Positions 28,189-43,079 are shown, counted from the first letter of the stretch. The stretch is 64,000 nt of DNA from the human T2T-CHM13v2.0 reference genome, Homo sapiens (GCF_009914755.1 NC_060938.1), one strand, 5' to 3'. Numbers and translations are program-made. The notes: generated by a model not told the origin, from the letters alone.

Positions 28189-30741
28189 GATGTGCTGAAG
28201 TTGCAATATAGATTTTGCTGAAGTGATCACCTGTTTAATGACTTGCAGATCAATGTTTATATTTTATTTTAAAATTATAACAATTTAGAATTCTAGATAT
28301 TCAGAAGTAAAATGCCTCTTTTTTTAATTTTTACAATGTAGAGGTATTTATTTGATTCCCTTTTAAATGTCTGTGTAATTCAATCTAGAGATTTGTTCCT
28401 TTTGTTTAGTCATAATTTTAACTTTCCATATGCATATGTATGCATATACTGTATATGCGTATATATGTGAGACAAAATGAAAACATTTTTTGAATTGTTT
28501 CAGGCAGCCCAATCGCTATAATTGCAGAAAATAATTAGAAAACCTTAGTAAAAGGTTTAGTAACTAATTGGATCCTGTGGTGAATCTGTGGAGGACAAGT
28601 TGTTCATTTGTTACAATTGTATAGTCTGAAATGTGTTCTGCAGTATTGGAATAAGCTGGTTACTTCTTACAATGGGCCCAGTGAAAAATAATCTGGCCCT
28701 AAGATGTTATCAGCAAACACTTAGACAGTTGCTCAGGGGGAGGAAAAAAAAAAAAAAGCCTAAGGGAGAAGCAAGCTTACTGGAATAGATTTGAAACTGA
28801 AATGCTGAATACTTAATATTGGAAAATAGAAGGGGGTGGACTGTGGAGTGGAGAGAGGGAAAGAGAGAGAGAGAGGATCTTTATGGTGAAAAAATAATTA
28901 CCACCAAAAAGAATGCATGAGAGAGAGAGACATAAGGTGAATGATAGAGAGAGAGAAAGGCCTAAGAAAAATATATAAGGGCCAGGAAAATTAAAAGAGC
29001 TGGAACCAAATATACACAAATGGGGAATGGACAAAAATAAGCCAAGACAGCTAGTTTAATTATCTCCTTTAAGCAATTAGACATGATTTTATTTTCTTAG
29101 TATAAAAACAGTTTCACCAGAGGTCCAAATTTTCTTGAAATTTAAGTTCTTCAGAATGAAGCATAAAAATATTTCACAAAAAATTATTGTGTTAAAAGTC
29201 AAATTTATGGCTGATATTAAAAATAGTAATAAAGTCCAAGTGAATGGTTTTATGCAAAGGAAATCCCCATTACACATTTTGAACCAAAATAGCTCAAAGA
29301 GAGACATGTGTCCAAGCTGAAAAAAAGGTGATGATTTATTGTTTGCTTTTGCCATGGATTTTATTTGTGGAATAAGAATGTATTATCACAGGGGAAACAT
29401 AGAATTTTGCTTACCAAACGTTAAAAAGAAAGTTGAACTCTTGTGCTAAGGTAAAGGGGTATAGATATAGAAGAAAGTTTTCCTGCATGAGTATTTTTTT
29501 TGGCCACATTAAATAAGTATACTTATTTGTATTTATAAGTGTTTATTTGGGTGACAGATAAATAGAATTTTAATGGCAAACATCATACTTTGAAGTCAAG
29601 AGTAAAACTGATTTCTTTGAATTCATAGAAACGAAGTATTGGAGTGGGAGTTCTGCTTGGACCCATGTCCAAATTACATATAATGGATATGACTAGAAGT
29701 TTGTTAGGTGTACTAGACACGAAGGTGGATATATGGAGAGAGAACTTTGTAAAGGCTTCCTGAAGCCCAATATGAACATCTCATTTCCCTTGATCTATCT
29801 TATCATCCCTCAACTTATCTTCTCAAAAAACACATGACAGTCTGGCATGGCATATAATACATTTTTGCATCGAACGGGTTGTAATGTTGTGTTATTTGTT
29901 GTCTCCAACTTTGACCGTTAAAATTAGTTTATGTCAGAAATACACTTCAAAACTTTTGAGGATTATTTTCTTTCATATTATAATTGTTTTTAATAAGATG
30001 AAGGTTGTCCTTTGTGAAATTTTGGAACTGAAACTGATCACAACTTAAAACTTGAAATCCCAAATTAAAGTTTATTTCCAGGTTTAAAGTATTTTACTTG
30101 AATTTGTCTGTTGTAAAGTTAACAAAAAATATTAATATGTAAAACACTGAGAAAATGATGTAATTGAACTAGAGGAGTTAAAGTATTATTTCAAATATGT
30201 TTCTTCAGCCTGTTACAAAATTGGGAACCAAGTGAACATGAAGTCTAGAACTAACAAGGTTTAATACAAATATCCTTATGGTCATGGAAGCCTTCATGTA
30301 GTTTATGTGACTTGCATAAAATCAAAGGCAGAGAGGCAAAAATTTAGTCTCATAGTGTATTGATTTTAATATATATTTAAGTTGGTGCATATTTCACCCA
30401 AATACGTGGATAAATTCAATATATTTAGAAGTCTATAGAAGTGTAGTTTTTTAAAAAGTGTATTTTCTACAACATTGTTGAGGAATTTGCATGCACTGGG
30501 AAAATTTTGGTTTTGAGAAATTAATTTTATGAACAGCTAAAGTGGTTGGTTGTGTTTGAGACTAAAAGCCTGTTGGAGAATTAGACTAACAAAGGGTGAA
30601 GGTGAAGATCATTAGAGGTTTTAGAACTGGCTGAGATGGGTTGCTGGGGTTGTGTAACTGTGCCTAGAGGGCGGGGTTCCTGTACATTCCTACTTCACCA
30701 GATAACCTGCCCCCAACACCACTTCAGCTTCTGCCAGACAG

Positions 30742-30789
30742 ATGGAACTCTCCAGCATGAAAATCTGCGCAGCCATTCCAACAAGCAGG
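30742..30789 (+). other. LINC01551: LINC01551 exon 1, ORF part (MELSSMKICAAIPTSR)
   Basis: CAG ATG G start; donor AGG|GTAGGT, phase 0. Confidence 0.7.
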
Positions 30790-31292
30790 GTAGGTGAAAC
30801 TTGAATTAAAATTCTCCCCTCTTTATTTTTCTACTTAAGTCCAGATCCTGGAGATATGGAAAGAATAGAGGTCATCTAGATTCTCTCTTTTGGGCACACA
30901 CGTCTGCATTCTTCCTAAGAGCTACCTACCTGTAAGAGTTAAAAGGTGCTAGAGATCTTTCCCAGTTAGTACTTCATGCTAGATTTTCTTTTGCGTGCAT
31001 TTTTTTTTTTTTTTAAGATTTCTTTTCTCTATACCAATCATTCCCCTTTTCTATTCTCCCTTCAGGGCCCTTTCCCCTCAATCACTAGCAGTTAAAATAA
31101 CCCACCTCAGATTTTGGCTCCCAAAGGCACCCATTCCCCACCCTAGCGGTCAGTTCTAGGGACCTTATCCTGAGGATGTAGGCCAAGGGGGCTCCAGGCT
31201 GGCAAATAGATGATGTATTGTTATGTTTTGTGCCTCTTGTCTCCCTCCCGATTTCTACTGTGTTTTGTTTTTGTTTTTCCCCACCACCTAAG

Positions 31293-31366
31293 GCTCTGCC
31301 TGAGGTTGTCCGAAGGATGCCGAGGAAAAGGATATCAGGACTGGAATGGCTCTTACAGCAAGATCC
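31293..31366 (+). other. LINC01551: LINC01551 exon 2 (74 nt)
   Basis: Pyrimidine tract + TAAG| acceptor; donor TCC|GTAAGT; encodes ALPEVVRRMPRKRISGLEWLLQQD. Confidence 0.75.
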
Positions 31367-31899
31367 GTAAGTGAAAGTGCTTTTCAGAGGGGAAGGGGTA
31401 GGGTAGGGAATATGTGTAACTGACTGCTTTGGACTGAGTTTTAACGCCTGACTTTGGGGTCCTGGCCTTAAGTGTTCATCTTTTCTTAGAAAATGTTAGC
31501 AGGCTCGCTACCAACAGACGTAGCTGAAAGGATGCATAATTTTTTTCCACGTTGACAGAAATCACGGTGAATCCCCAGGTCAAAAGGATGTAGACACGGC
31601 AAAGGAACATGGAGAGAAAACGAGAAAAAATTATACGGAGAAGGGGTAGTGGGAGACTGAAATAGGTCCTAAAGTGTAAATTAATTCATTTCGTGGAAAT
31701 ATGATTTCTGAGTCTTATGGTTGCTACAGGAACTTCCGGGACGTTCTTAACGCTCAAAGACAGGTTTATTAGCTATCCTTATTTCAGTTAAAGCTCTTTG
31801 CTCCAGAGCCAAGAACCTGCTTCTCTCTAAAGTTCTTCTTTGGATCGCCCTTCTCTATTTGCACACTAACATAGCCAACCTTCCCCAGAGCTGGCCCTC

Positions 31900-32610
31900 C
31901 GCCCCCAGCTCCTTGGCCTGGGTCACACCAGGGTCCCGGTCGGATTTAGCCGGGCTGCTCCGGGTCGGTTGAGGCACTGGGTGCGTGTGGGAGTCTTCTC
32001 TTCTGTCTCTTCGAAAGACTAGGGAAATGAACACCGTTCTGGGCTTGACTTTGTCCCTGCTGGGAATATCCCAGTTCCTGGCTTTGGAAATCTCAGGCAA
32101 ATAATTGATTCTTAATGCACACTTAGGAGACGTCGGTAGTACGCTCGAGAGCCTCTCTGTCCCAGAGTGGCTGAGAGCACGCGCCAGACACAGGTTGGCT
32201 CGGCCCGAAGCGAATTTGGGACTCTCGTCGCGGTGTCCTATTAATTAGCTTTTCCCGGCGCCTCAGGGACTCCGGGGTGAAGATGGAGAGGTGGCATAAT
32301 GGCGGGACTTGAAGTCGTTGTGGCAGGGACCTGGCAGCGTTGTTTTCTCGGGTTTTGAACCGGTGTGGAGAAGTAACTTCAGCTGCTGAGTTGGGGCCGC
32401 CCTGGCTGCGCGGTGGCGGAGGAGGAGAGGAGAAGCGCTCTCGGGACGTTGCGGCGGCGATCCCCGCAGAGGGTGAAGCCGGGCGCTGCGCAGGGAGCAG
32501 CAACATGAGGGCGCTCTTGCCCAGGACAAGCAGAGCTGTACGTTTGGGTAGCTCATATTGGCTGATGCCAAGAAAAGTGACTTCAGAACCTTGGCTGGCG
32601 CGCTTCCCTA
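31900..32610. promoter_or_regulatory. Satellite CpG island
   Basis: GC- and CpG-rich block. Confidence 0.8.
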
Positions 32611-35600
32611 CCTTTTCCCTTTCTTCTTAATCTTCTGTGTGCCACCACCTCCCCCCAACCTTTTTTCCCCTCCCAAAGTTGTTTCCTTTTGTTTACCCGG
32701 TGCGGTTTCAGATCTCAGCACTTCTCAGCTAGTAGATAAAATTATTTGCTCTGTAATGGACATCTCTTCTCCTCTCCACTTGTTACCCCACTCGCCCTTC
32801 GCTTTCTACCCCATTTTGCTTCTCTCTGCCCAAGCCTGTGGTCCAAGGTGCAGGGATCTCACAGGAAAACAGGTAGCCTCGGGGTGGGAATTCCCAGAGC
32901 ACTGAAGGCGCCGGTTGTTGGCCAGAGGGAGGCCGGGACTCCGGTGGGCAGAGTACCCCGCGAGTGCGGAGATTCTCAGGCTGTAATCTTCAGTCTGGGA
33001 AAGGCGATGGGAAGGAAGGGCGATGCAGAATAGAGGTGGTCCACTTCTGACTCCCCCCTCACCCGCCCTCCCCTGCAAGTAAGACTCAATTTCTATGATT
33101 CAACACCGCCTTCACCAGCTCCTCTATCAAACCTTGAGGTAGGCAGACATTCTGAAAGTGTTGTGATCAGAAAAGGCATTTAAAATGATAACAAATAACT
33201 CACAAATTATGTTTGTGAGGGTGGGAGGGAAAATAAAATGCCCCATGTTTTTTTCGTGGTCTGTTGCTTAGCACATGTAATCTTTTTCCCTATCTTCGGT
33301 CCTATCTTCCCTATCTTGCAGAAAAGCCGCTAGGAGGAAAGCATGTTGGACATTTACAGATTTGAGATTCGTGTTGGAAAGAGAGGGAGTGTTTAATTAA
33401 CAAACATATTTGGGTGTTCATTTTCGGCTTAGGTTGAATTTGCCTACTCCGCTGGCACTCCCAGAAACTGGAGTCCTCGCTTTCAACTTTATTCCTCCTC
33501 ATCTCTTCCTATTGTCTCATTCTTTGAATCAATGCGTTTAAGGTGAAAACGTATCTTCCTGCGTAGACGTTTTTGATTCCGTTGATTGAGCACGAAGACT
33601 AAAATCTGTAATGGGGTTATGGAGACTTGTCTCTCAGTTCTTTCATTTTCTCATTGCTCTGAAATTTAATGACCTGATCATTGTTGTTTGAAGTTAAATT
33701 ATCTGTTAAATTAGCCCTAAATAATAACTGATGATATTTTCCTTTTGGATTCGGTTGCCCTTGAATTCTTGGCCCTGGATGTGAGAGAAGTCTGAGAGAG
33801 TGTTTTGTGATACAATATTATAAAGACAATCAAAATCAATATTTGTGTGCCAGTGATATCACATAGGAAAAAATCCCTTTCAAAGTAGCTGAATTTCATA
33901 AAGAAGACATTCTTTTAAAGGCTTGTGCTTGAGAAGCCTGGATTCAAGAATGAATGTAAATAAGCATCTTTGTTGATGAAGAAAAAATATGAGCACTGTA
34001 TTTTCATTACTCTCCAGAATCTAAATATTCAAACTCATCACATACTGGTGCTTGCTAATCTAAATCAATTCGGCCTTCCAGGGATACATATTCTCAAAAA
34101 GAAAATTTAACTTTTAGCAAAATCTAAAACATTGTTTCAGATGTGAATTTCTAGAAATCCAAAGTATATTTATTTCTTTGAGTCAGATACTAGTTTGTTT
34201 TGCAATCATTATATGAAACAATATTGAAACAATGCAGTTTTTGTTCTCCTTGCTTGCTTCATGGTGCTTCCATATACAAGTATAAGTGTGAGAGCTTCCA
34301 TAGTGTACTGAGGAAATGACAACTTATTTTTTTTTAACAAAAGGCCCAAAGAATCTTTAAACCAAAATGTACTACAGTAGTTGAAAAAGATCTTTAAAAA
34401 TAATAAGCACTATTGTGTGTTTTTCCTATTAAAATGTGCTGAATGAATAATTAGAGGCTGGGATAAAGGTTGAAAAATTCAGAGCAAGAATTAGGTGGTA
34501 ATTTTATTATTTGATACTTTTACAATTTATATAATTAATGATGTCATTTTAAAGTTTGGCAAAGCTTTTGCAGAAAAAACAGTACTCCTCCCATCCCATC
34601 AGAAATACACTAGAAGGAATAAAGTACATTCAGGTAGAACTGGCAGAAAGAATTTTTTTTCCAGTAGTAGTAGTATTAGTGGAGTTGAAAAATATACTTT
34701 TAATTATACATTGCAAGCTCTGATTGCAGGTTAGAAAACTAAAATCGATCATTCCTACATCAATAGTGTTGTCTATTACTACATTGATTTGTGTTTATTT
34801 ATGCAGAGACTTTCAGTTATTTACTTACATATTTCAGCATCTGCCTCTTGATTATTATCGTAGGTTGCTTTTAATGAAAGAGCTTATATAGGAAGCGAAA
34901 CACACTTGACAGATCCATTTTAAGTAAACCTGATAGTGAATTATGGCAACCCAAGGAGATTATGAAATTACTTATTCATACTTGCTTTTTAGCAATTAGG
35001 AATCTGTTTCTGATTAAAACCTCATGCTGCTTGAAAACTTCCATTCTTTTCTTCATACATTGTATTGATGTGCTTCAATAAAATAGAAAAAGATGATTTT
35101 GTGATGTCAGATATAATAGAATGAAACTGCTAAATGAGCTTGGTTGTCTTTTTCCATTGGCATGATGAAGTTACCCTCATAACAATAAGCTGGCCATTGG
35201 GTTTATTAATGCTGTTTATGAAAAATCAAGTAGCAATCATTTGAATATAGACATGTGTTTTAAAACATCTATTAACTCTAAATTATGCCAGGGGTGCTTA
35301 AGCTGAATGAGACAATCTGGAGTTCTTGAGTATATAGTTTATATATATACTCATATTTTGTATTATTTAGCATTATGTGTGATTATAACTTACAAAGATA
35401 GACATTTCTCTTGAACTAATATCTCACAGGAATGTTATATATCAGAATTCATTTGAACAAATAGGAAAACTAAAGACCCCGTAATGTGCCTTTTATAAGC
35501 ACAGAGCAACAGTGGGATATCGAGATGCGTTAATGTCTGTGCCTCTCTTATCACCATTACAATATATTGAAAGATAACTTTAAAATTGAGAGAAAAAAGT

Positions 35601-35789
35601 GACCTAATTTATTGAGGGCTATTTAATGCTCATGTTATAGGACTTTTATTGAAGTCTGGAGGAGTAATTCTTCCTTGTTAACAGTGTGGATACATTTAGC
35701 AAATACTGTTAACAGCCCTATTCTTCATCTTTTGCGCCAAGCAACCACCCCCAGTCCGTGCAGGAATATAACAATTTTTTTTTTTTTAG

Positions 35790-35923
35790 AACGATAGGGC
35801 CTTGGGAGATGGAAAAGGAATTAATCTTCTCACCCTGGCGAGTTTTCCTGAAACTACTTATCCTTAGCGTCAGCGCTGTAAGAGGTGGAGCCGCTCAGTC
35901 CCGCGGGTGGCTGCAGACAGAAG
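35790..35923 (+). other. LINC01551: LINC01551 alternative exon (134 nt)
   Basis: T13-AG| acceptor, AAG|GTGGGC donor, in frame with exon 2. Confidence 0.6.
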
Positions 35924-36210
35924 GTGGGCGAGTCCTGGGACTTAAAAAGTTTTGCAGAAGGTTGAAAAGAGGAGCAGAGGGAGAGTTTTGAGTTTATTTA
36001 TTTTATTTTCCTTTTTTTTTTTTTGTCTTGTGCCAAGCCCTTGAAGTTAACGTAGCGACGACGTGGTCCTTGTAGGACCAAGCATTCTTGGCATTCTGTC
36101 GAGATTGAGATTCCAGAGCATCGGATGAACGGGACTTATAGCTAAGGCGTACTCACCCACCCCTCCCTTCGTCTTTTTACGCACGCAGCAACTCGTCCTC
36201 ACGTGCATAG

Positions 36211-36334
36211 GGGTAGTGGACAGTGTTGACTTGAATTGCTGTCCCTCGTTCCAAGCCTTTCCTGTGAATGAACCCGAAAACACTCGACAGGTCGTGAATA
36301 ATCGTTTTAATGAGTGTGCAAAGCGTGCGACGGG
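36211..36334 (+). other. LINC01551: LINC01551 candidate alternative exon (3' end uncertain)
   Basis: CATAG| acceptor in frame with preceding exon; donor GGG|GTGCAC is weak. Confidence 0.45.
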
Positions 36335-39300
36335 GTGCACCGAGCTGTCGGGTTAAACAAACAACTTGTACCCTGACCAAATCCGATTGTTAAAGTGCAA
36401 AGTGATGTCAGTACCATTTCCATTGCCTTTCGGAAATCCACAGATCTGACACGCGGGAGTCCAATTTTCCCCATTAAAGAAAAATAACAATATTTTTCGA
36501 CCGTGTATGTGATCTTCTTTAATATTAATCTGAGCCAAACAAAACCTCATTTGGAGAATCAGAGAATTAGTCGTGTCTCTCTCAAAGAACAAATTGGAAG
36601 AAAGGAATAAGGAGAAAGAAATCAGAACAAATATAAAATGTCTGAGGGATAATTTCTTCTTGATAGCTCACATATCACTGCTGATCAATGTTGTAAAAAT
36701 CTTCCTTTTATATATTGCTTTATAGCTCACTAAAGGCAGATGTCAGGTTACTTGTATCCAAACAACTGGACTGGTAATTTAGTCTTGTACTAAGATGGAA
36801 TTTGTAGACCTGTAAGGGCTTTTTCTATCAAATATTTAACGAAAATATTTGTTGTTTGTATATTAGCCTGTGAGAGAATAAAGGTATAAGTCGTTTGCAC
36901 ATTTGTGCTTTCAAAGAAAAGAGTTTGGAGGAAAGTAATGGAAAAGGAACCCTATTTGGCTATTATCTAAAATCATAACAAAAAAATACAAATGAGATTT
37001 TCACTGATTATACCCTCCCCCTTTTTTTGCAAAACTACACTGGAAAATATTTTCTTTCTCATTCAGTAAGAAGACTTATTTGAAATCAGTCACATGTTCT
37101 CCCTTCCTTTTTGATTCTTTTATCTTCTTTCATAATTCCAAATATTAAATATCACATGAAGATTATGAAAAAAACTTCAAAAGATTTTTATAAAATCTTT
37201 TACACATTCCCTCTAAAAAATCTGTGGAAAGAAGAAATGTGTAAAATATTTCCCCTACCAGCATTTTTTATATATTCACAATTCAAACAAAATGGCCATG
37301 ATGCTTGGAAATCAGTATTCTAGTGCCACAGATCTAGCTTCTTCAACTCAGTAACAACATAGGGAGACCAAAGCTTATATTTTTGTTGGATTAAGTATTA
37401 TATAGTACATATTTTCTATATGAAAGACAGAAAATATATGATTCCCTGCAATCTGCAAGGTTATTTGTTCTCTTTTAATTGTAATCCATTTGGAGAAATG
37501 AAATTTTAGGGATATAGTACACTTGAATGTGGAAGCTCAGCATTTACTCACTTAACTCCTATTGGCCATAATGTTATCTACATATCTGTGTCTGTCTGTT
37601 GTGACCATCTACTTCACATACAAATATGTCTATATACAACTGATAGCAATTAAGAGAGTTAATTCAACTAAAACATACAGCTGAGGTATTTGAAAGAGTA
37701 AGCAATTTTTTATGTAAGTCATTGTAGTTATGTTATTGTGGTTGCTAGTTTTTATACATCTGTCAATTTAGCACCAATTGGATAAAATGGAAGAGATTGA
37801 AATTCAATTTCCATCATCAAAACTTGGAAAAGACAACCAGGGTTTTAGGACAGTGTTTTTGTTTATTTTAACTGTTCTCTAGTAAATATCCGTATCAGAT
37901 TATCAATTCAGAATATCCTTTATTTTGTAGGAAATTTAACAGAAAAATTAGTATTAAATCCTAGGGGCTTACAATTTTTAATTGTTTTAAATATTTTTGG
38001 GTAGGCAACAGACTGTGCAGTTTTTACCTAAACAGATTTCTTCTCTGTGGACTGGAGTTGAGGAATTTCAGGAGTCACTCAAAGAACTGCATCCATTTCT
38101 GCTTTAGATACACAAACAGCAAAGCTAGAGGGTATGTCTGTTTTTGTGTGTATATATGTAGTTAAAGAACTATGCTATCAAAACATTAATTATATTTGAA
38201 AGAGAACAGAGCATGTTGTGAAGAAAATTGCAATATTGAATTTATATTCCACAGAATCTGTCTGAGAGGGCTGAAATTGTATACCTGTCTTATATGATGC
38301 ACCCTCTTCAGAGAGGTGCCTAACAAGAGCAAAGAGATGAAAGAGTCAAACTTGGAGGGGAGTGATCTTAAATGTTTGGTTGGTCCTGAGCAGCGGGAAT
38401 CCACATGAAAATGCAAACCACATGAAGAACATACATGGGATCTTTGTTCCCTGTCAACAAAAACAAATAGAATTTTTTTTTCCTCTACCAAGCAAATACA
38501 GAATAATCTTAGCTGAATTTGGGGGAGGGGGAGTGACTGAATGACTAAGAAAATTTCAGTTATCATATTTTTTTATCCCCAAGTCCTATTTATTTCACAG
38601 CTGCCAAATTTTATGTCCAAAATTTAGGTTCTTTTCCTCCCAAATCCTACATTAGTATGAATCATCCCTGATCATTTTTAGTTTTTGGCTTAATTACTAG
38701 TTTTCAGCTTTAAATTACCAATAAACTAATTAATCTGACTAATCTTTCTAAACTTCTGTTGAATAGTATAATAGCTGCAACAACAACAAAAATAAATAAC
38801 AAAAATTACAATAATGACAAAAATAAACTGTTAATAATAATAATGCAAATAATAGCAGAAACAATTTTAAAATAATTTATCTGGCTGACAGGATGAAGAT
38901 GTAATCCATTTCAGTCTGAAATTTGTGGTTCACAGCTGCAGTCAGGCATTTCTCTGATTTCTTGTTTCACTGGTTAAATGGATGATCTATTCCAACCCAA
39001 GTTTCCTAATAGAGACTCCCTTGGTCTAATATGGTATGTCTTTTTAATGGCACTGAGTATTTTTGTATCCACTCCCCTTTATTGCTATGGACATGCTGCC
39101 CTGCAGATGACATTCCCAAATAAACCAACCTTGGCGGGGGGCGGGGACGGGAAACTGGGTGCGGAGGCAGACATGTGAAAGGATTCTTGGGTAGAAGGAC
39201 CAGGTGCCTTCTGACTGGAGCCCTGCTGGTGAGTGGGCAAGTTGTCCTATTTGGGAAGCAAGTTCACAGAGCTGAGGAGTTTGAGAAGGGCTGAGTCACT

Positions 39301-42300
39301 GAGGTTCCTGTGAGTCCAAAGTGATCACTGGCCCTAAGGAAGCCAGCCCATAGGGCAAGACATAAGAAGTAGGAATTAGATCCCCCAGATGAACTCTTTT
39401 GATTCCTTTAGGGATAGAGAGACATAAAGAGGATAATGAAGTGAAGGCAGTATACCTGGAGGGAAGACAGCAGGTTAAAGATGTTAGTAACTGGTGTTGG
39501 TCTGGCAAGTAAATCTCAGCCCATTTCTTCAGGAGAAGGGAAAAATGCTTTTGTGAGCTGTAAACTTGCCAAGGTTTATTGTTTAGGTGAAAGAACAGCC
39601 ATCAGTTCCTAGGACTAGGCTTGAAAGTATCTGCCAGCGAGTCTGTGTCTGCAGTAATCCAACTCTCCTCTCAGCCCCATGTTCTTCTCATCTCATGAAC
39701 CCCCAGGCACCATTATCCTCCCAAAAAGAAAATGAACGAAAATTAAAAAATGGATTGGGAGGGAATTAGACTCAATATTTATCAGGAAGATACTGAGGTG
39801 AAAGCAGGTTGTTTTATAACTAACTTCCTTCTTTTGTGAGAGGGAAAAGAAAGCTGGTTAGGAGAGGAAGGGTGATTATGAAAGAGAACAGAGACTGAGA
39901 CAGAAATTCTTTGGCAGTCCAGCAGCTAAGGCCAAAGGGAGAAGGATCTTAGCTATAGAAGGACAATTTTAGGTCAAGGAAGAGTAACCATTGAACATAT
40001 TTTCTTTGTTCTGTTTACTTGAAAAGTAATATAGCCTAGTAATGTATGTAAAAGCAAGATCTGTACACCTTAAAAATTATAAAGAGAAAGGCATAAATAT
40101 CAAAAGCAAGTGTTATCCTTTAGAAAATTTTAATGAAGATATTGTCTTCAAACTTATATATACACACTATCCCAAAACCAAACAGTAGTTGAAGGAAGAA
40201 AGGGGGGTGAGGGGGAAAGGATACAACTTCCCTGCTGTAGTACCATGCATCTGTCTTTTCACCTTTCACGGCAGGGAGGCTGAACAATCCTCTTTCATTT
40301 CATTTCTTCCTAGTCTTTTCATTGTTAAAAGTATGAGAAAAATTCCAGCTCATGAGAATATTATTTCACTAAAGATCAGCAAAGAATGAGGAGCTTTCAT
40401 GATAAATTCTCTGAGGTGATGTTCAGTCTTATCTCGCCTAAGTCTGCAATGGGAGAAATGCAGCTCTGGCTGTAACTATGTATCAATCTATTCTTCAATG
40501 ATACCCCCAGGCTTTCTCACTGCACTAATCATAACTACTAAATTCACTCCAACTCTTCTGGAAGTACAGTTCTGCAGCTTGAAATCAAACAGGAGCTTTC
40601 CATATAAAATGAAATTCTAATTAAAATAGTATTTTAAGAAAAATACTGTTATTATGATAGTTTCATCTTTGTTTGAATTGTTCCTTTGATTAAGAAACAA
40701 ACATTTGTTTCAATAAGAAAATGAAAAGAAATCAGCACTGCCAGTAAATGTGGCCTTCAATCCTGTTACATTTACTCCCGACTGGCTTTTGAGAATTTAT
40801 TTTCCAACATTTTGGTTTTAATAGTATATAACTGAGAACCTCCAACTCAACAGAAAAATGCATAACTAAAATAGTGTAATACTTTTGTCATGACAGAAAA
40901 AGAAACAATAAAAGCAGTTATTTCAAAGTAGTAAGTCATGCAGACACTATTACACATGCAGAGTTTATGGACCCATTTAACAAAATTAATATGCTTCTAT
41001 ATCCCAGTATCTTAATGACTGTTTAGCTAACCAGATACTTAAACCATATATTTAAATGCTTATGCACCTATATTACATATACCATGCTGCATATGGTTCA
41101 AATATGTATGTTCTTTACAGAAACTGAAAGCTGAACAAATAGTAGTATTTCTAAGTTTTTGATTACTCATAATTGGGATTTACATGCGATCTATAAACAC
41201 TGAAGGAAAGCCAGAACCACTACATTTTGCTTAGATTACATTATGAATCAAATAAAGGGTTCTTTCTGTCTTGGGGTGTGCAAGAGTGAGGAATTTAGGG
41301 GTTGATAGAATTAAGATATATATTTTTTTTTCCGTAAGTCAAGATGCAGTAATTTTCTTCTTCTAACATTCTACTACTAAGTAAAATAAACATATACAGT
41401 TTCAAAAGCAGGAGCCGTAAGCCCAAGTCAAGAGATGATATTTCAGAAAAGATATTCAAATGAAGCTCAATAACATTTTTTCCAACAAAGAAAATTTCAA
41501 GGCAGATACAGCCAGATCTGTTGCACAAGTGGCAAAGCAAAATATTTTAGTAATGGGCTGTAGGGGGATTTAATGGACTGACACTCTGAATATTTAAGAG
41601 TAATATTCCTTTGAAGAGAATTGCATGATCGTCTATCAAGCTCCTTAAAAGGGGTGAGGGAAGGAAAGGTTTGGAGGGTGGATTATGTCCAAGCATCTCA
41701 GCTATTGCTAGTGGTGAAAAGATATGACCTGGGTAGAATGGGAAAGGTTTTGATGACATGAGAGGATCTGCAAGAGTCTATTGGCCCTATCATGTTTATT
41801 CTCTTTTAGGTACACATTTCAAAAACATATCCTTTCCAACAGGCTCTCGTTTGCAGTCGCGGCTTCACAGACAACAACCAGCTTGCATTCAACTGTGGTC
41901 CAATGCATCAGTCTAGTTTTAAGAGGAAAACAATGGACAGGAAAAATAAAGTTGCAGTCTTATCAATGAAATTCTTATTCTCAGTTGGAGAATAGGGAAA
42001 AGGGAGGCTCCAAAACAGGGTGATGGGAGGGGAATAATAACTCTTTAGGTGAGTTTTGGGAAAATGCTAAGTAAAATGCTGTTCAGAAATTGGGATTAAT
42101 CGAGCAGTTTAAATACAAATCTGCCGGAAATTGGAAATCGTGCTCTGTGCGAATGAAAATGAAAGACTTTATGCATATTCTAATTTTCTCTCTTTGGCTG
42201 CTATTTTAGAGGAAGAGACTTCTTTTGCTGATGGTGGGACTTTTTTGTTCTGCACAGGAAATGTGTAAATGAACACAAATGTTTTTTCTTTTGCCTTTCC

Positions 42301-43079
42301 ATTCCTCTCTTCCATTCTCCCCTCCCCCTTTCAACAATCTGAAGTTGTTAGGGTCCGCAGTTCTGCCGCCACCGATCCCAGTGTTACTTCCCATTCCCAG
42401 GATGTTAGAGGGCAGGCAATGTAGGCAGGACAGGACAGTTAGGGCTCCTCCGGAAATTAGACCTTTGGAAATCAATGCAGAGTTTCTATTACATTTCTGG
42501 ACATTCAGAGAGCTAGAGGATGAGAAAGACTCTTGGTTGAATATGATGAAAAATCATCTAGATGAAAAATCGTCTAGAAAGTCATTTCCTCTCAAACCGA
42601 ATTCTCAGTGACAGCTAGGTGGAAGAGAGCTTAAAAGTGATTTTATAAACCACGCTGTGAAAACCTACTGACGATCAGTCCCCTGTCCAAACACTTTTCC
42701 TCCCACTCCTTTGGGAACATACAGGGATGGTGCATTTTAATTACATTAAAACCAGCAAGAAACTCTTGTTTTATTCTGATGTAAATCAGTCACCTAATGC
42801 TGAGAAGGACTGAAGTGGCTCATATGGTCGTTCTGTGTTTTGTAGAATACGTAGGGGACTCCTGAAATGTGTGGGATGTAGGTAGGGGCGGGAGCGACTC
42901 TGTGGGGAGAGAAGGGAGAAAAAGATTGAGAGAAGGAAAGAGAAGTGTATTTGCAAGGCAGGCTGACAATTTCTCAATTAATTTGGGGCAGAGACAGAAA
43001 GACTCCGAGTTTCTAGCTTCTTTTCTATACCTCAGATAAAAAACTGAAGACAGCCTTATTCTAACAACTCAATTTAAAA

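Larger units (their letters stand above)
26683..28210 (+). other. FOXG1: FOXG1 3'UTR
   Basis: AU-rich, miRNA seed matches, AATAAA at 27577 and 28183. Confidence 0.8.
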
